Positions 29,201 through 38,700 of a stretch of DNA of 60,597 bases are shown here, in pieces. Numbering within the stretch: the stretch's first letter is position 1; each line of letters begins with the position of its first letter. Both the position numbers and the translations under genes were made by a program. Origin of the DNA: a virus (Duplodnaviria; Caudoviricetes); IMG/VR virus record IMGVR_UViG_3300042861_000484, positions 1-60,597 of that record; one strand, written 5' to 3'. Under the pieces are notes generated by a model. The model searched no databases. It saw only the letters and a program-made list of their open reading frames with translations, and was not told the DNA's origin.

Positions 29201-29790
29201 CACCATATCCTGGAAATGTAATTAATGTTGGAGCATTAGGAAGAAATGTTGTTGGAGAAGAACTTCCTGAACGTCTTAAACCAATTTTAATGGATGAAAC
29301 AGGAGTTATAAGTATGGAAGATGCACTTATTAAACGTCTTCCTCCACCAGTACCAACAGCTGAAGAGTTAGCCTTATCTCAAAGACTTAAGGATAGAAAC
29401 AGACGTGTTATAGAAGCACTTAAAAATAGAAAACAAAAGAAAGAAGAAGGCGGTGAGATTGTGAAAGATAATGAGGGCTATTGGAATCCTCAGAACTGGG
29501 GAAAGCCTGTTGAAATTAGCTCTAACAAAATCACCATGGAAGGGGTGTTAGAACCCTTGCTTGGAGTGTCTGATACAGGAGATACTAAAATGATGTATCC
29601 TGGTAAGAACTATACATTTGATGGAACCAAGGTGGTGGAATATCCAAGAGAACATTTTAGAGCAGAGGATGGCAAAAGTGTAAATAGAGCTGACGAGTAT
29701 CCCTTGGAAAAACTAGACAACTTACTTAATTTTACCAACTATAATAAACCAAAAGCCAAGTCTGGTAAATGGCTTGAAAAATACAAATAA
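26206..29790 (+). CDS. mosaic virion cargo/polyvalent-like protein 1
   Basis: 1194 aa; repeated GGWLDK(Y/F), xxGG and AQxG motifs separating AT-rich cassettes. Confidence 0.7.
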   Translation: MAKKLTKAKAREILHDKEVHGQPLTDKQRRFFGAIAGGAEPYKAENGIEGTMGGLTDKGFNFNPAWGGAWKNGGELLHAQKGEKVCPPGFVNIDGKCFDRGSKEYKDLYEEGIGYLDKTGTLVSSKMELPEVVVKPESVLNFLDKTIGTTGGSSARYAFDQLGKQYGFPEVKSQKEYKKNNPLSFFSLPKAKGHYWDNTIYADDIKNYLAELAHHNMFKEKGRVNQIGRWIGNDLIDYVTGNDPYKTEGDIEYEAHKIVEPKLKEEYIKHRNKYLLDKYGIYGSSGIGIYKQGGWLDKYQDGGKSNQASETEMILPEVVVSNKEKVLRHTPSASGNYQLTKTVTPFKTNRQIRKGVEAPLYPNEVNFISNYAGAIGSVGSVDSLPSAVPFEGEKHWNIDRFIMDPAFSEEYPNLRSGQSKKGLKKNVLADMYKYYMLQGQDKDDAFRSAKQFMRQEINPRLNSKYFKEASRLTGVHNQPITEFANQNPFIDLRNINEDESLRSNPFYKEYFENPITEREMKQISKSYLKNFKKMSGKESRKKVKEWIKEANAPEVRFQPSGISMGQEDYRDGGNLMPPMAGADQTVPMYAMGGSLPGSVGFMYARTAGAAPSEGPYAKKTLPSAQNGAEMAFYQQGLDWKPKTISRNGGWLDKFDDEVPQAQTGFLTQRYSTGPMMGDLATQSGVPTQGEVARQDQLRKEVEAAKQKQAARARYEAMPKIGPAKQRNYSEQVQADERRRRLNKEYIADKPHLRLDSKGNIINTNPELTLEGQSIPYTSAAKAEKFARSWETPLAVEGALSLAPLVGRGAVAASEYLTTQTPLRNAYKINPWAFKPKSTLNYRQVGEKAFEDLERTGLVRGAGENIITDPNKNLQQVLDYYSAIEKGTPNMSGAMNIKAPYFQRGNLFYDVNSPEAKYLIETTQSGTGVFSPAQSGFVFKGEGFYPSNAPGGIGVLNPSVFDRELANFNIYKRDWLRGYKPVKFSKPISTTSVVRGPIPPPYPGNVINVGALGRNVVGEELPERLKPILMDETGVISMEDALIKRLPPPVPTAEELALSQRLKDRNRRVIEALKNRKQKKEEGGEIVKDNEGYWNPQNWGKPVEISSNKITMEGVLEPLLGVSDTGDTKMMYPGKNYTFDGTKVVEYPREHFRAEDGKSVNRADEYPLEKLDNLLNFTNYNKPKAKSGKWLEKYK

Positions 29791-29791
29791 T

Positions 29792-32700
29792 ATGAAAGCA
29801 CAAATGCTCAAAATCGCTGGTGTTAAGTCTGAGAAGGAATTCTACAAGAAGTTCCCTGATGAAGCATCATTTATGAAAGCTCATGGTAAAGAATTTAAAA
29901 AAGCCATGCGTGAAAATAAGGTGGATAAAGCTCAGGTAGGTACAAGAACTCTTCCTAGTGGAAGAGAGATGAGTCAACAGTTGATGACTGACTTTCCCCT
30001 TGCCCAAGCTCCTGACATCGATGCAATGATGAAACCTGTTAATGTTCCAGGTTCTGCGTTGAAAAGTAAGTCTGCTGTAGGTGGTGCCAAGGGTGTAGGT
30101 GCTACTTCATACATAGAGCCTGCATTGGATGTTATTCAAGGAGCATCAATGATTAAGGGTCAGAGACAAGCTGTTAGAAAAGCTAGACAAAATAAGGAGC
30201 TGACAGGTGTACAAGCTCAGGCTGCAGAGTCTGTTCCTGTACAACCCATTAATCGTCAATACATTAGACCCGAAGATGTTGTATATCAACCAGAACAAAT
30301 GTTCCCTTCTTATGGTGTAGGAACAAATGTACTTGCTGAAGATGGTGCTGTAATCAATCAGATTGGTGGTAACCCCACAGAGATCATGAACACCTTTGCT
30401 CCCAACACCATCTACTCAGATATGGGATATGAGCCCCTGAGTGATAGCAGTAAGGTGAAGCAGTTCAAAGCTGGAGGTGGTTTGAAAGCAGCACTTAATG
30501 ATGGGAACTTTGGTCAATTTATGGGTGGTGGCGGAGGAGATTTTCTTCAAACAATTGGTGGTGCTATTACTGGTGAGCCCGATGCTGGTTCAAAGATTGG
30601 TGGAGGAATTGGTCAGGCTGCTGGTATGGCTATTGGAGGTCCTGTTGGTGGAATGATTGGAAAGTTTGCAGGAACCTTGATTGGTGACATGGTTGATACA
30701 AGTGAGAAACAGATCAGAGAATATAACAAACAGTCTTCCGAAAATATGGGCAGAATCGCAGCTTCGCAAGCTGGTGTTCAGTTTCAAGATATGTTTGGTT
30801 TAAGACGTGGTGGTTTTGTTCCAAAAGCTCAAAATGGCAACCCTGCTCCACAAGGCGTGTGTTCTGTATTCGGTGTTCCTGTTATGGGACCAGGTAAAGG
30901 AAGCAGTGAGGTTGTTGTTCCTGGTGTAAGACCAGAAGAAGTGTATAATAAGTATTATGCAGCAACTACAAAAGAACAAAAGAAAAAATTAGAACCAATT
31001 TATAAAACGTTAGTAAGCGAAGGAAAAATTCCATCTACATTAAATTTTGCTGATTATATTGCTGCACAAAATGAAGCTGATGCTATAAATGATTTCTTTA
31101 CTAAAGATTATTGGTCAGAAAAATTCTTTGATCCTGCCAACCCTACTGTTCCAAAAGCTGATCTTGTGTCACAGGTTCCAACTCGTGTTCAGTTTTATAG
31201 AGCAATGGTTCCTAATATAGGAAGAAAAGAAGCAGGTAGAAGAAATTTAGAAGCGTTGGACATATTAAACTTGATGCCTGTAGAAGAAAGAAAAGCGTTA
31301 ATAGGAAGAGGATATCGAGCTCCTCAACAAGAGAACGGAGGACAAACCTCTGAGTATGAATGGGTTAGTCATACATGGCAGCCCCAGAAGATTGCTTTCT
31401 TTGGAGAGCATAAACTGACTGATTTGCTCAGACCACCAAAAGATGCAGACATGCTTAGAGCTGGTGGAGAGATTAGAAATCTCAGAGACAACTTCATTAG
31501 TGAGGATGAGAAGCTTCTCACAAACATGGCTCTTGGTGGACAACTTGAAACCACATGGGGTGGATATGCTGAGCCTATTTCTCATAATCCCTACATGCCC
31601 TCTACAGGACAAACAGTTATGTTCAGAGGTCAGTCTCATGATGAGAGTGATGGAAAAGGACGCACAGGTATTGGTGTAAAATATGGTGCCCCTGATTCTT
31701 ACACAGACTATGCTGAATACGGAACAAAGACTGATGCTGATGTAGAGGTGGAAAGAAATGAGCCTGCTGTAGAGCTTCCTAATGGGGATGGTGAGAACAG
31801 CATGGTAGTATATGGTAACCTGAAGATCCCTAATCAGTTCTTGAGTGAGATTGGTGATCCTAAAGCTAAGGGTAAGAAGTTCAAAACCTATGTAAAAGAT
31901 CTTGCTAAGAAAGAACAAAGACAAAACAAGATTATCGACAAAAGCTCTGAAAAGCTGGATAACCTAGATCCTAACTCACCATTTGACATGCTGAAGTTCA
32001 ACTCTTTAGCTGCAAATATTAAAGGTGCAAACATGAAGCTTAAGCAATACGCTGATTTCAAAACAAACGCAGCTGCTGTTCAGAACGCAATTAATGACAC
32101 AGCTGAAGAGATGGGACTCAATGCTGATAGTCTGGCTAAGGGTAAGGTGATGCAAGCCAAGAGAGGAGCTAATGTTCCTAAGGCTCAGGTTGGAAGAAGA
32201 CTGACAAGACTTGAAGCATTGGGATATGTTCCTAAAGGTCAAGCGCAAGATCCTACTACTAAGCTCTTTGGAGGTGTAACAATTCAGGATGTTGAAGCTC
32301 TGAAGAGGAGAAATCCTTGGTATGACTGGGCTGGTTTTGATCCTTCTAGCGATGCTGACGTTAGAGCTTTCCAGAAAGCATATAACAGAGAGGCAAAGAA
32401 ACTTGGCGTAAAAAGTGACATACAGGTGGATGGTGATCTTGGTCAACAGACAGTTAGTGCCAAAGCGTTGTATGATGAGGATAAATTAGGACCTTTGGAT
32501 TTGGGTAAGGCATACAAAGGATTCCCTGAACTTAAGCCTGTAGTTCCAAGACTTACAGGTCCTGCTCCAAATATTCTGAAAACTGTCACTCCTCCTGTTA
32601 AGAAAAACGACACTGCATTGATTAACAGCTTGTTAGGTCAAGCTATGCAATATCTCAGACCAACTGACATAGAGCAACTTGATCCAAACCAGCTGATTGG

Positions 32701-33313
32701 TGAGATGTTTGCTTTGTCTCAAAATCAGGTGGAACCCGTATGGGCTCAGAAACTCCAGCCTAGACTTGCCACCCCTATTGACATTTCTCTCCAAGATATT
32801 CTGAACGAGAACAGAGCTACTCTAAGAAGACAACAGCAAATGGTTGGATACAATCCTGCTGCTCAGTCTGCCTTTGCTGCTCAAGAATATGGAGCAAATC
32901 AGAGAGTGTTGGGTGAGCAATTCAGACTGAATCAGGCTGAGAAACAGCGTGTGTATGAGCAGAACAGAAATCTTCTCAACCAGTATGATTTGACTAATCT
33001 GGGTATTCTGGATAAGCAATACGAAAGACAAGCTAAGGCAGAGTCTATCACTGATGCTACCAAACTAGCTGCTCTTAATTCTATGGCTAGCAAAATTGCT
33101 CAGAACAAGTTGGATAACAGAACCTTACAAGTTTATGAGAACTTGTATAACTACCGCTACGATCCTAACTTCAGAGCTCAGAACTTCCAGCTTGCTCAGT
33201 TTTCTATCCCTACAGTGGGATCAACATCCACTAGCTCTTCTAAAACTGCAAAGAGTGGAAAGAAGGTTGAGGAAAGAAATAGCTCCATCGTAAAGGCTCT
33301 CAAGAACATCTAA
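29792..33313 (+). CDS. mosaic virion cargo/ejection protein 2
   Basis: ATG at 29792 just after upstream stop; glycine zipper, GQSHDE...EVERNE segment, PG-binding-like motif, repeated AQxG/xxGG. Confidence 0.7.
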   Translation: MKAQMLKIAGVKSEKEFYKKFPDEASFMKAHGKEFKKAMRENKVDKAQVGTRTLPSGREMSQQLMTDFPLAQAPDIDAMMKPVNVPGSALKSKSAVGGAKGVGATSYIEPALDVIQGASMIKGQRQAVRKARQNKELTGVQAQAAESVPVQPINRQYIRPEDVVYQPEQMFPSYGVGTNVLAEDGAVINQIGGNPTEIMNTFAPNTIYSDMGYEPLSDSSKVKQFKAGGGLKAALNDGNFGQFMGGGGGDFLQTIGGAITGEPDAGSKIGGGIGQAAGMAIGGPVGGMIGKFAGTLIGDMVDTSEKQIREYNKQSSENMGRIAASQAGVQFQDMFGLRRGGFVPKAQNGNPAPQGVCSVFGVPVMGPGKGSSEVVVPGVRPEEVYNKYYAATTKEQKKKLEPIYKTLVSEGKIPSTLNFADYIAAQNEADAINDFFTKDYWSEKFFDPANPTVPKADLVSQVPTRVQFYRAMVPNIGRKEAGRRNLEALDILNLMPVEERKALIGRGYRAPQQENGGQTSEYEWVSHTWQPQKIAFFGEHKLTDLLRPPKDADMLRAGGEIRNLRDNFISEDEKLLTNMALGGQLETTWGGYAEPISHNPYMPSTGQTVMFRGQSHDESDGKGRTGIGVKYGAPDSYTDYAEYGTKTDADVEVERNEPAVELPNGDGENSMVVYGNLKIPNQFLSEIGDPKAKGKKFKTYVKDLAKKEQRQNKIIDKSSEKLDNLDPNSPFDMLKFNSLAANIKGANMKLKQYADFKTNAAAVQNAINDTAEEMGLNADSLAKGKVMQAKRGANVPKAQVGRRLTRLEALGYVPKGQAQDPTTKLFGGVTIQDVEALKRRNPWYDWAGFDPSSDADVRAFQKAYNREAKKLGVKSDIQVDGDLGQQTVSAKALYDEDKLGPLDLGKAYKGFPELKPVVPRLTGPAPNILKTVTPPVKKNDTALINSLLGQAMQYLRPTDIEQLDPNQLIGEMFALSQNQVEPVWAQKLQPRLATPIDISLQDILNENRATLRRQQQMVGYNPAAQSAFAAQEYGANQRVLGEQFRLNQAEKQRVYEQNRNLLNQYDLTNLGILDKQYERQAKAESITDATKLAALNSMASKIAQNKLDNRTLQVYENLYNYRYDPNFRAQNFQLAQFSIPTVGSTSTSSSKTAKSGKKVEERNSSIVKALKNI

Positions 33314-33354
33314 CTGATTCAATTATAGCAAATTACCAAAATCTATTATCGCTC

Positions 33355-33385
33355 TTGGTAGTTTTAATTTTTACATTTACATTTG
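33355..33385 (+). promoter_or_regulatory. Bacteroidota-type promoter for the RNA polymerase gene block
   Basis: TTG (33355-33357) + 20 nt + TACATTTG (33378-33385), exact TAnnTTTG. Confidence 0.7.
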
Positions 33386-33400
33386 CTAACTTAATCTCCC

Positions 33401-35773
33401 ATGGCTTCATTTACCGATCAAATACCGCAATTTAACCCCTACATCCAGCAGCTTCCCATAGAAGCTATGGTGAAGGTGGGTATGGAAAAGCAGAGACGCT
33501 ATGATGAGGGTGTGCAAAAGATCCAGACTAGCATAGATAATGTTGCTGGTTTAGATGTTTCAAAACCTCTTCATAAGCAATATTTGCAGTCCAAACTCAA
33601 CGAGCTGGGAAATAATCTGAGAACGGTTGCTGCTGGTGACTTCTCTAACTTCCAACTAGTTAATTCTGTGGGAGGCATGGTGAATCAGGTTACCAAAGAT
33701 CCTGTTATTCAAAACGCCATATCTTCTACAAAATGGCTGAGAGATCAACAAGCTATTCAGACAAAGGCTAAACAAGAAGGAAAATCTTCTGTCCAGAACG
33801 ATGATGATTTTGAACAGAAGGTGAACTCTTGGATAAACGATGGTGATGTAAATAGTGTGTTTAGAGGGGACTTTGTCCAGTATAGAAATATGGATGAGAA
33901 GCTCAGAAAGGTGTATGAAAAGCTAAAAGAAGAAAAGAATTCTGCAGATATTCCTTGGAAAACAGATGATAGAGGTAACGTTCTTTTTTTCAAAAAGGAT
34001 TCTAATGGAAGAGTGGTGAGTGCTTCTACTGACCCATCCAGTGGAGGTGAGAAGGAACTTGACATATCAATGAGGCGAATCAAAACATCTGGTATAACAG
34101 CTCAGAGGATTTTGAATAACTTCATGAGTAGTCTTACAGAAGATGACAAGCGTCAGTTAATGATTGATGCAAAGTATCATTATAAAGGGATGACAAAAGA
34201 CACACTCAAGTCTGACCTTTACACTGCTGTAAACAACCAGAAAAAAATACTACATGATAGTATTGTAGAAATGGCTGTTGAGCTTCAGAACAATGATAAG
34301 CTCACTCCTCAAGAAAGAGCTCAGTATGAAGCTGCTATAGTTGATGGAAATGCTAAACTTAGTGATGGTACATTTGAAAGAATGTATGCTCAAGGGTCGT
34401 CTAGCATAGATGGGATTGGTAATATTGAAGAATACAAGTATAAAGTTTACACAGAGAAAACTCTTACAAATCTAGCCCAAGATTTACAAATACTCAATCG
34501 CGAAGAGCAAATTGTAAACAATCCTATCTACCAAGCTCTCTTTAATCAGAAGAAATTTGAATTTCAGGTTAAGAGTACAGAAGCTAGACTTAACATGCAA
34601 GCTAAAGGATTGGCTCTTCGTGAAAGAGCTCAGATGCTTGCTGAAGAAAAATGGATGGTTGAGTTAGGAGAAAAAAGAAAGAAGCAACAAAAAGAAGAGG
34701 AAAAAGATAACCCTATGACATATGATATCATAGGAGATGCTAGTATGTTTCGAGTTAACTCAGAAACACTTAAATCAGATGCAAGAAGCGAAATGCTTCT
34801 TAATGTTGGGAAACTAGATAATGACTACGGTAATAGACTCTATCCTAATTTAAAAGGAAATCAAAGAAAGTCTGCTCTTGAGAAACTCTATTTTGACTAT
34901 CTTGAGAACCCAACAAAGCTCACTAATAGTGATGCTCTTGAATATATCAAAAAGAGAAAAGCAGCAGAGACACAATATGACGATGCTTCCAAACTTGGAA
35001 CATCCGCTTCAAAGTATGCAGATGAAGAGCTTGCTAAACTTGGAACTATTTCTAGAGAGGAGGCTGATAAAAAACGTGGTGAGTTTGAAGCTGATTACAT
35101 CTCTAAAAGACTTGCTAGAGAAACTGGTGGTGTCTATGCAGGGCTTGATCCTGAAGGAGAATATACAGAAAAAGAACTAAGATCAATTATTGGAAATAAA
35201 CTTGGACAGCTTAGATCTGGTGAAAAGTTAGGCACAGGAGCTGTTGCTTCTGAAGATGGTTTGACAGCTATGTTCACAAATATTAAAAAGACTGCCCCTG
35301 TTTTAAGCAGAAATCCAGATGGATCTGGGTCCCTTTCAATTAGTATTGTTTCTGGAGAAGGTTCCAAGAAAACAACTATAAAACAAGTTATACCACTTTC
35401 TGCTCAAGAAATGTTTATGCACTTCCCCAGATTTGCACCAAAAAGTGCGTTTGGTGAAATGAAGAAGAGTTCATTCTATTCAGGAACAACAAATTCATTT
35501 GGAGATAGAAATGCTGGTGGTGCTCGTATTTTTGGATTTGATATTCCAGGATTGAGTGGAACAAATTTTGAAACAACAACAAGACTTGATGTAGAAGGGC
35601 ACAAAGATAATACTGGTGGTGCGTTTGATACATATAAATTAATAATGTACAGTCTTCATAACGGTGCTTGGAAACCAGGAGAAGTTACCAATTATGTCGG
35701 TGAAAATGAAATCCTTAGATTTATAAGACAGATCGGTCCTGGTACTGTAAAAGCATTTAATCAAAAAAATTAA
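33401..35773 (+). CDS. ejected virion protein preceding the RNA polymerase
   Basis: 790 aa, helical; FNPYIQQLP N-terminus; first of three large consecutive genes as in crAss-like phages. Confidence 0.65.
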   Translation: MASFTDQIPQFNPYIQQLPIEAMVKVGMEKQRRYDEGVQKIQTSIDNVAGLDVSKPLHKQYLQSKLNELGNNLRTVAAGDFSNFQLVNSVGGMVNQVTKDPVIQNAISSTKWLRDQQAIQTKAKQEGKSSVQNDDDFEQKVNSWINDGDVNSVFRGDFVQYRNMDEKLRKVYEKLKEEKNSADIPWKTDDRGNVLFFKKDSNGRVVSASTDPSSGGEKELDISMRRIKTSGITAQRILNNFMSSLTEDDKRQLMIDAKYHYKGMTKDTLKSDLYTAVNNQKKILHDSIVEMAVELQNNDKLTPQERAQYEAAIVDGNAKLSDGTFERMYAQGSSSIDGIGNIEEYKYKVYTEKTLTNLAQDLQILNREEQIVNNPIYQALFNQKKFEFQVKSTEARLNMQAKGLALRERAQMLAEEKWMVELGEKRKKQQKEEEKDNPMTYDIIGDASMFRVNSETLKSDARSEMLLNVGKLDNDYGNRLYPNLKGNQRKSALEKLYFDYLENPTKLTNSDALEYIKKRKAAETQYDDASKLGTSASKYADEELAKLGTISREEADKKRGEFEADYISKRLARETGGVYAGLDPEGEYTEKELRSIIGNKLGQLRSGEKLGTGAVASEDGLTAMFTNIKKTAPVLSRNPDGSGSLSISIVSGEGSKKTTIKQVIPLSAQEMFMHFPRFAPKSAFGEMKKSSFYSGTTNSFGDRNAGGARIFGFDIPGLSGTNFETTTRLDVEGHKDNTGGAFDTYKLIMYSLHNGAWKPGEVTNYVGENEILRFIRQIGPGTVKAFNQKN

Positions 35774-35779
35774 TAAGGC

Positions 35780-38700
35780 ATGCCTCTTTTTGATGAAGAA
35801 TTGCTGAATAATCTTCGCAAGCCTGGAAACCTTCCGAGCTTAAACTCGTATGCAAGTTCCCCATATTCTGGGAACTATGAATACAGTTTTACCCCTCCTA
35901 GTGTTCCTTCCATGTTTGGAGGTTATGCTGATCGCTCGCAAAAAGAGGGAGGCATCACCTTAGAGGAAATGAAAAAAGCTACGCCAACATTCAATTTTGG
36001 ATTTGGTGCTGCTCCTCGTTTTGTCTCACAGCAAGAATTAAATGAAGCTGCTAACAGATATGGTTTTTTTAAAAGAGGTGTTGATTTAGAAGATATTGCT
36101 GCACAAAGACAATCCCCACTTTCAAGATTTGCAAATGGTATTATAAAAGGACTTGGAACAGCAGGAGGTACGTTCATTTCTGGATTTGGAACAATTCCAC
36201 ATGCAATTGATGCTTTTAGAAAGGGTTCCAACTTCATGGATGAAATCTCATCTCAATATGATTGGCAAAAAGATATTAGCGAAAACATTAAGCAATTTGA
36301 AGATCTTCTTCCTAACTATGTTGATAAATGGGAACGTGACCATCCTTTTGGTGGAGTGATTCCTTTTACAAGAGGATCTGCTAACTTCTGGGGAGATGGT
36401 GTATTCAAGAACCTGGGATATGGTGTTGGTGCTATTACCAATGCTCTTGTAACAGATGCAGCTCTTGTTGCAACTGGTCAAGGTCTTGCTGCTGCTCCTC
36501 TTATTGGAGCACAATTAACTAAGCTCGGAGCTGGTGTAACAAGCATGCTTGGTAGAGCTTCTGTACATTTAGGTAAGTTGGCAGCAGGCACAACAAAAAT
36601 GGATGAAGCTCTTGCTGTAGCTAGACAAGCTGGTGGTACAGCTGAACAACTGGCAACTGTAAGAGGACTTGCTTATGCTGCTGCAGGAACAAAAATTACT
36701 AGCGGATCAAGGTGGATGCTTGGTGTATTTAACTCAGCCCAAGCAGAAGCTACGATGGAAGCTGCTGATGGAGAACTTACAATTACTAATCATTTAATTG
36801 ATCAATATAAAAGACAACATAACGGTGATGCGCCTGTTGGTGCTGATTTAGAGGAGATTAAAAGAATAGCTGGTGATGCTAGGAATGTAAGATATGGCAT
36901 CAATATGGCACTTCTTGTTCCTTCTAACGCTTTTCAGTTTGGAAGTTTATTCAAAGGATTTTTTGCTCCTGCTGCTACAAGAGCATTAGCAAAAGGTGTT
37001 GCCACTGATGTTGGTAAGGTGAAGCTTGCTCAAGGATCTTTGGATGTATTTGAAAAGCAAGCTGTAACAGGACTTGCTCCAAAAGCTTGGAATTTTGTAA
37101 AGCCCACTCTGAAGAACATGTTTGCTGAAGGTGTTTATGAAGAGGGTGGACAGTTTGCTGCTGAGAAGGGTACGTTTGATTATTACACTAGAAAATATAA
37201 AAATCTCAAGGAGAACGGCAATCTTGAAAACTGGAGAACTGTTAATGAGATTATGACCTCTGGTATTGAGGGAATTGCAGAGCAGTTCACTAGCACAGAA
37301 GGTTTGAAGAGTATGCTTATTGGTTCCATCTCTGCTGTTATTCAGGGGGGTGTGGCTAATAAGATTCAAACAAAGATGGGTGCTCCCACAGAAGATCAGC
37401 GTTTGCAGAGTGCAATCAATATACTTAATAGATATGGATTGACAGGAATGTTGCAGAATCAGTATTCTGATACATTAAATGCTGCTGGTATTGCTAAAGA
37501 GATGGATGAGGCTGTAGCTTCTGGTAATGTGTTCAAATACAAGAACTTGAAGAACGACATGTTCTTCAACTTGGTTAACTCTCGTGCAATCAATGGGTTG
37601 CATGATGTTACCGTTGAACAGCTGAAGATGTTGAAAGATCTGGATGAGACTGAGTTCCAGAAGACCTTTGGAATGGACTTGAATGAAACAAACCAGAAGA
37701 CTGTTGCTGGTTATGTTGATGCGTTGATTGACAAGGCTAATCAGATGAACAAGTCAATCACCGCTATTAATGATACATTCAAGAATCCTTATACAAGATA
37801 TGATGATCCTCAAACTCAAGAAGAAGTCCTTCAGACATTCAGACACGATACAGTAAATGAATGGAAGACTAACCTAGCCTACTATTCCGCAACAATTGAT
37901 GATGTTAATGGTAGACTAAACAACATTGCTACTAGTGTATCAGAAATCAGTCCTCTGGTTGATACTAGTGTTCTCTCTACACTCACTAATCCTGAGAAGG
38001 TAAATGAGCTTGCTGAAACATATGAGGAACAAGCTATTCAGCTGAAAAAGACTATCAATGAATTCACTTCTCCTGAGGATAGAAAAAGAATAAACAATCA
38101 GGTGAAGGCTCTGCGTACAGCAGCTGAGAAGATTAAGATGGCTGCTGCTAACAAAGACATGACTCTTGATACCTTTGGTAAGCTTCTTAATTTTGAACTT
38201 TCTGGAAGAGAAAACTTAGATGCTGCTATTGTTCCCACTGATAAAAGATTTGATCTTTATAAGTATGGCTTTGATATCAATGCTTTAGAAACTCGTAGAC
38301 AACAGGGACTTGAATCATTTGATAAGCTTGCTTCTGAAGAAGGATTTAATAAATTCTTTGAACAAGCTGAGGAGATTAGAGATGAGGAATATGACTCTAC
38401 AGAGGAAGAAGAAGCTGAAGAGTCTGAGGTTACCACTCCTGAAGTTAAAGCAGCTGAGTTTAAAAACAAAGCTGGTGAAACAGAACTTCCTGAGGCAGAT
38501 AGAGAGTATTCTATTGCTCAGTTGAACAAAGCTAAGATTGAGAAGATTGCTGATGATAGATATCAAGTGACCTCTCCTACAGGAGAACTATCGTTCTATG
38601 AAACAAAAGCAGAGGCTGATGCAGCTGCTGATGTTATGAATGAGGAGCTCGAAGGATTGGAAAAGATTAAGGTGCTTGGTGTTAATGAAGATGGTACAAT

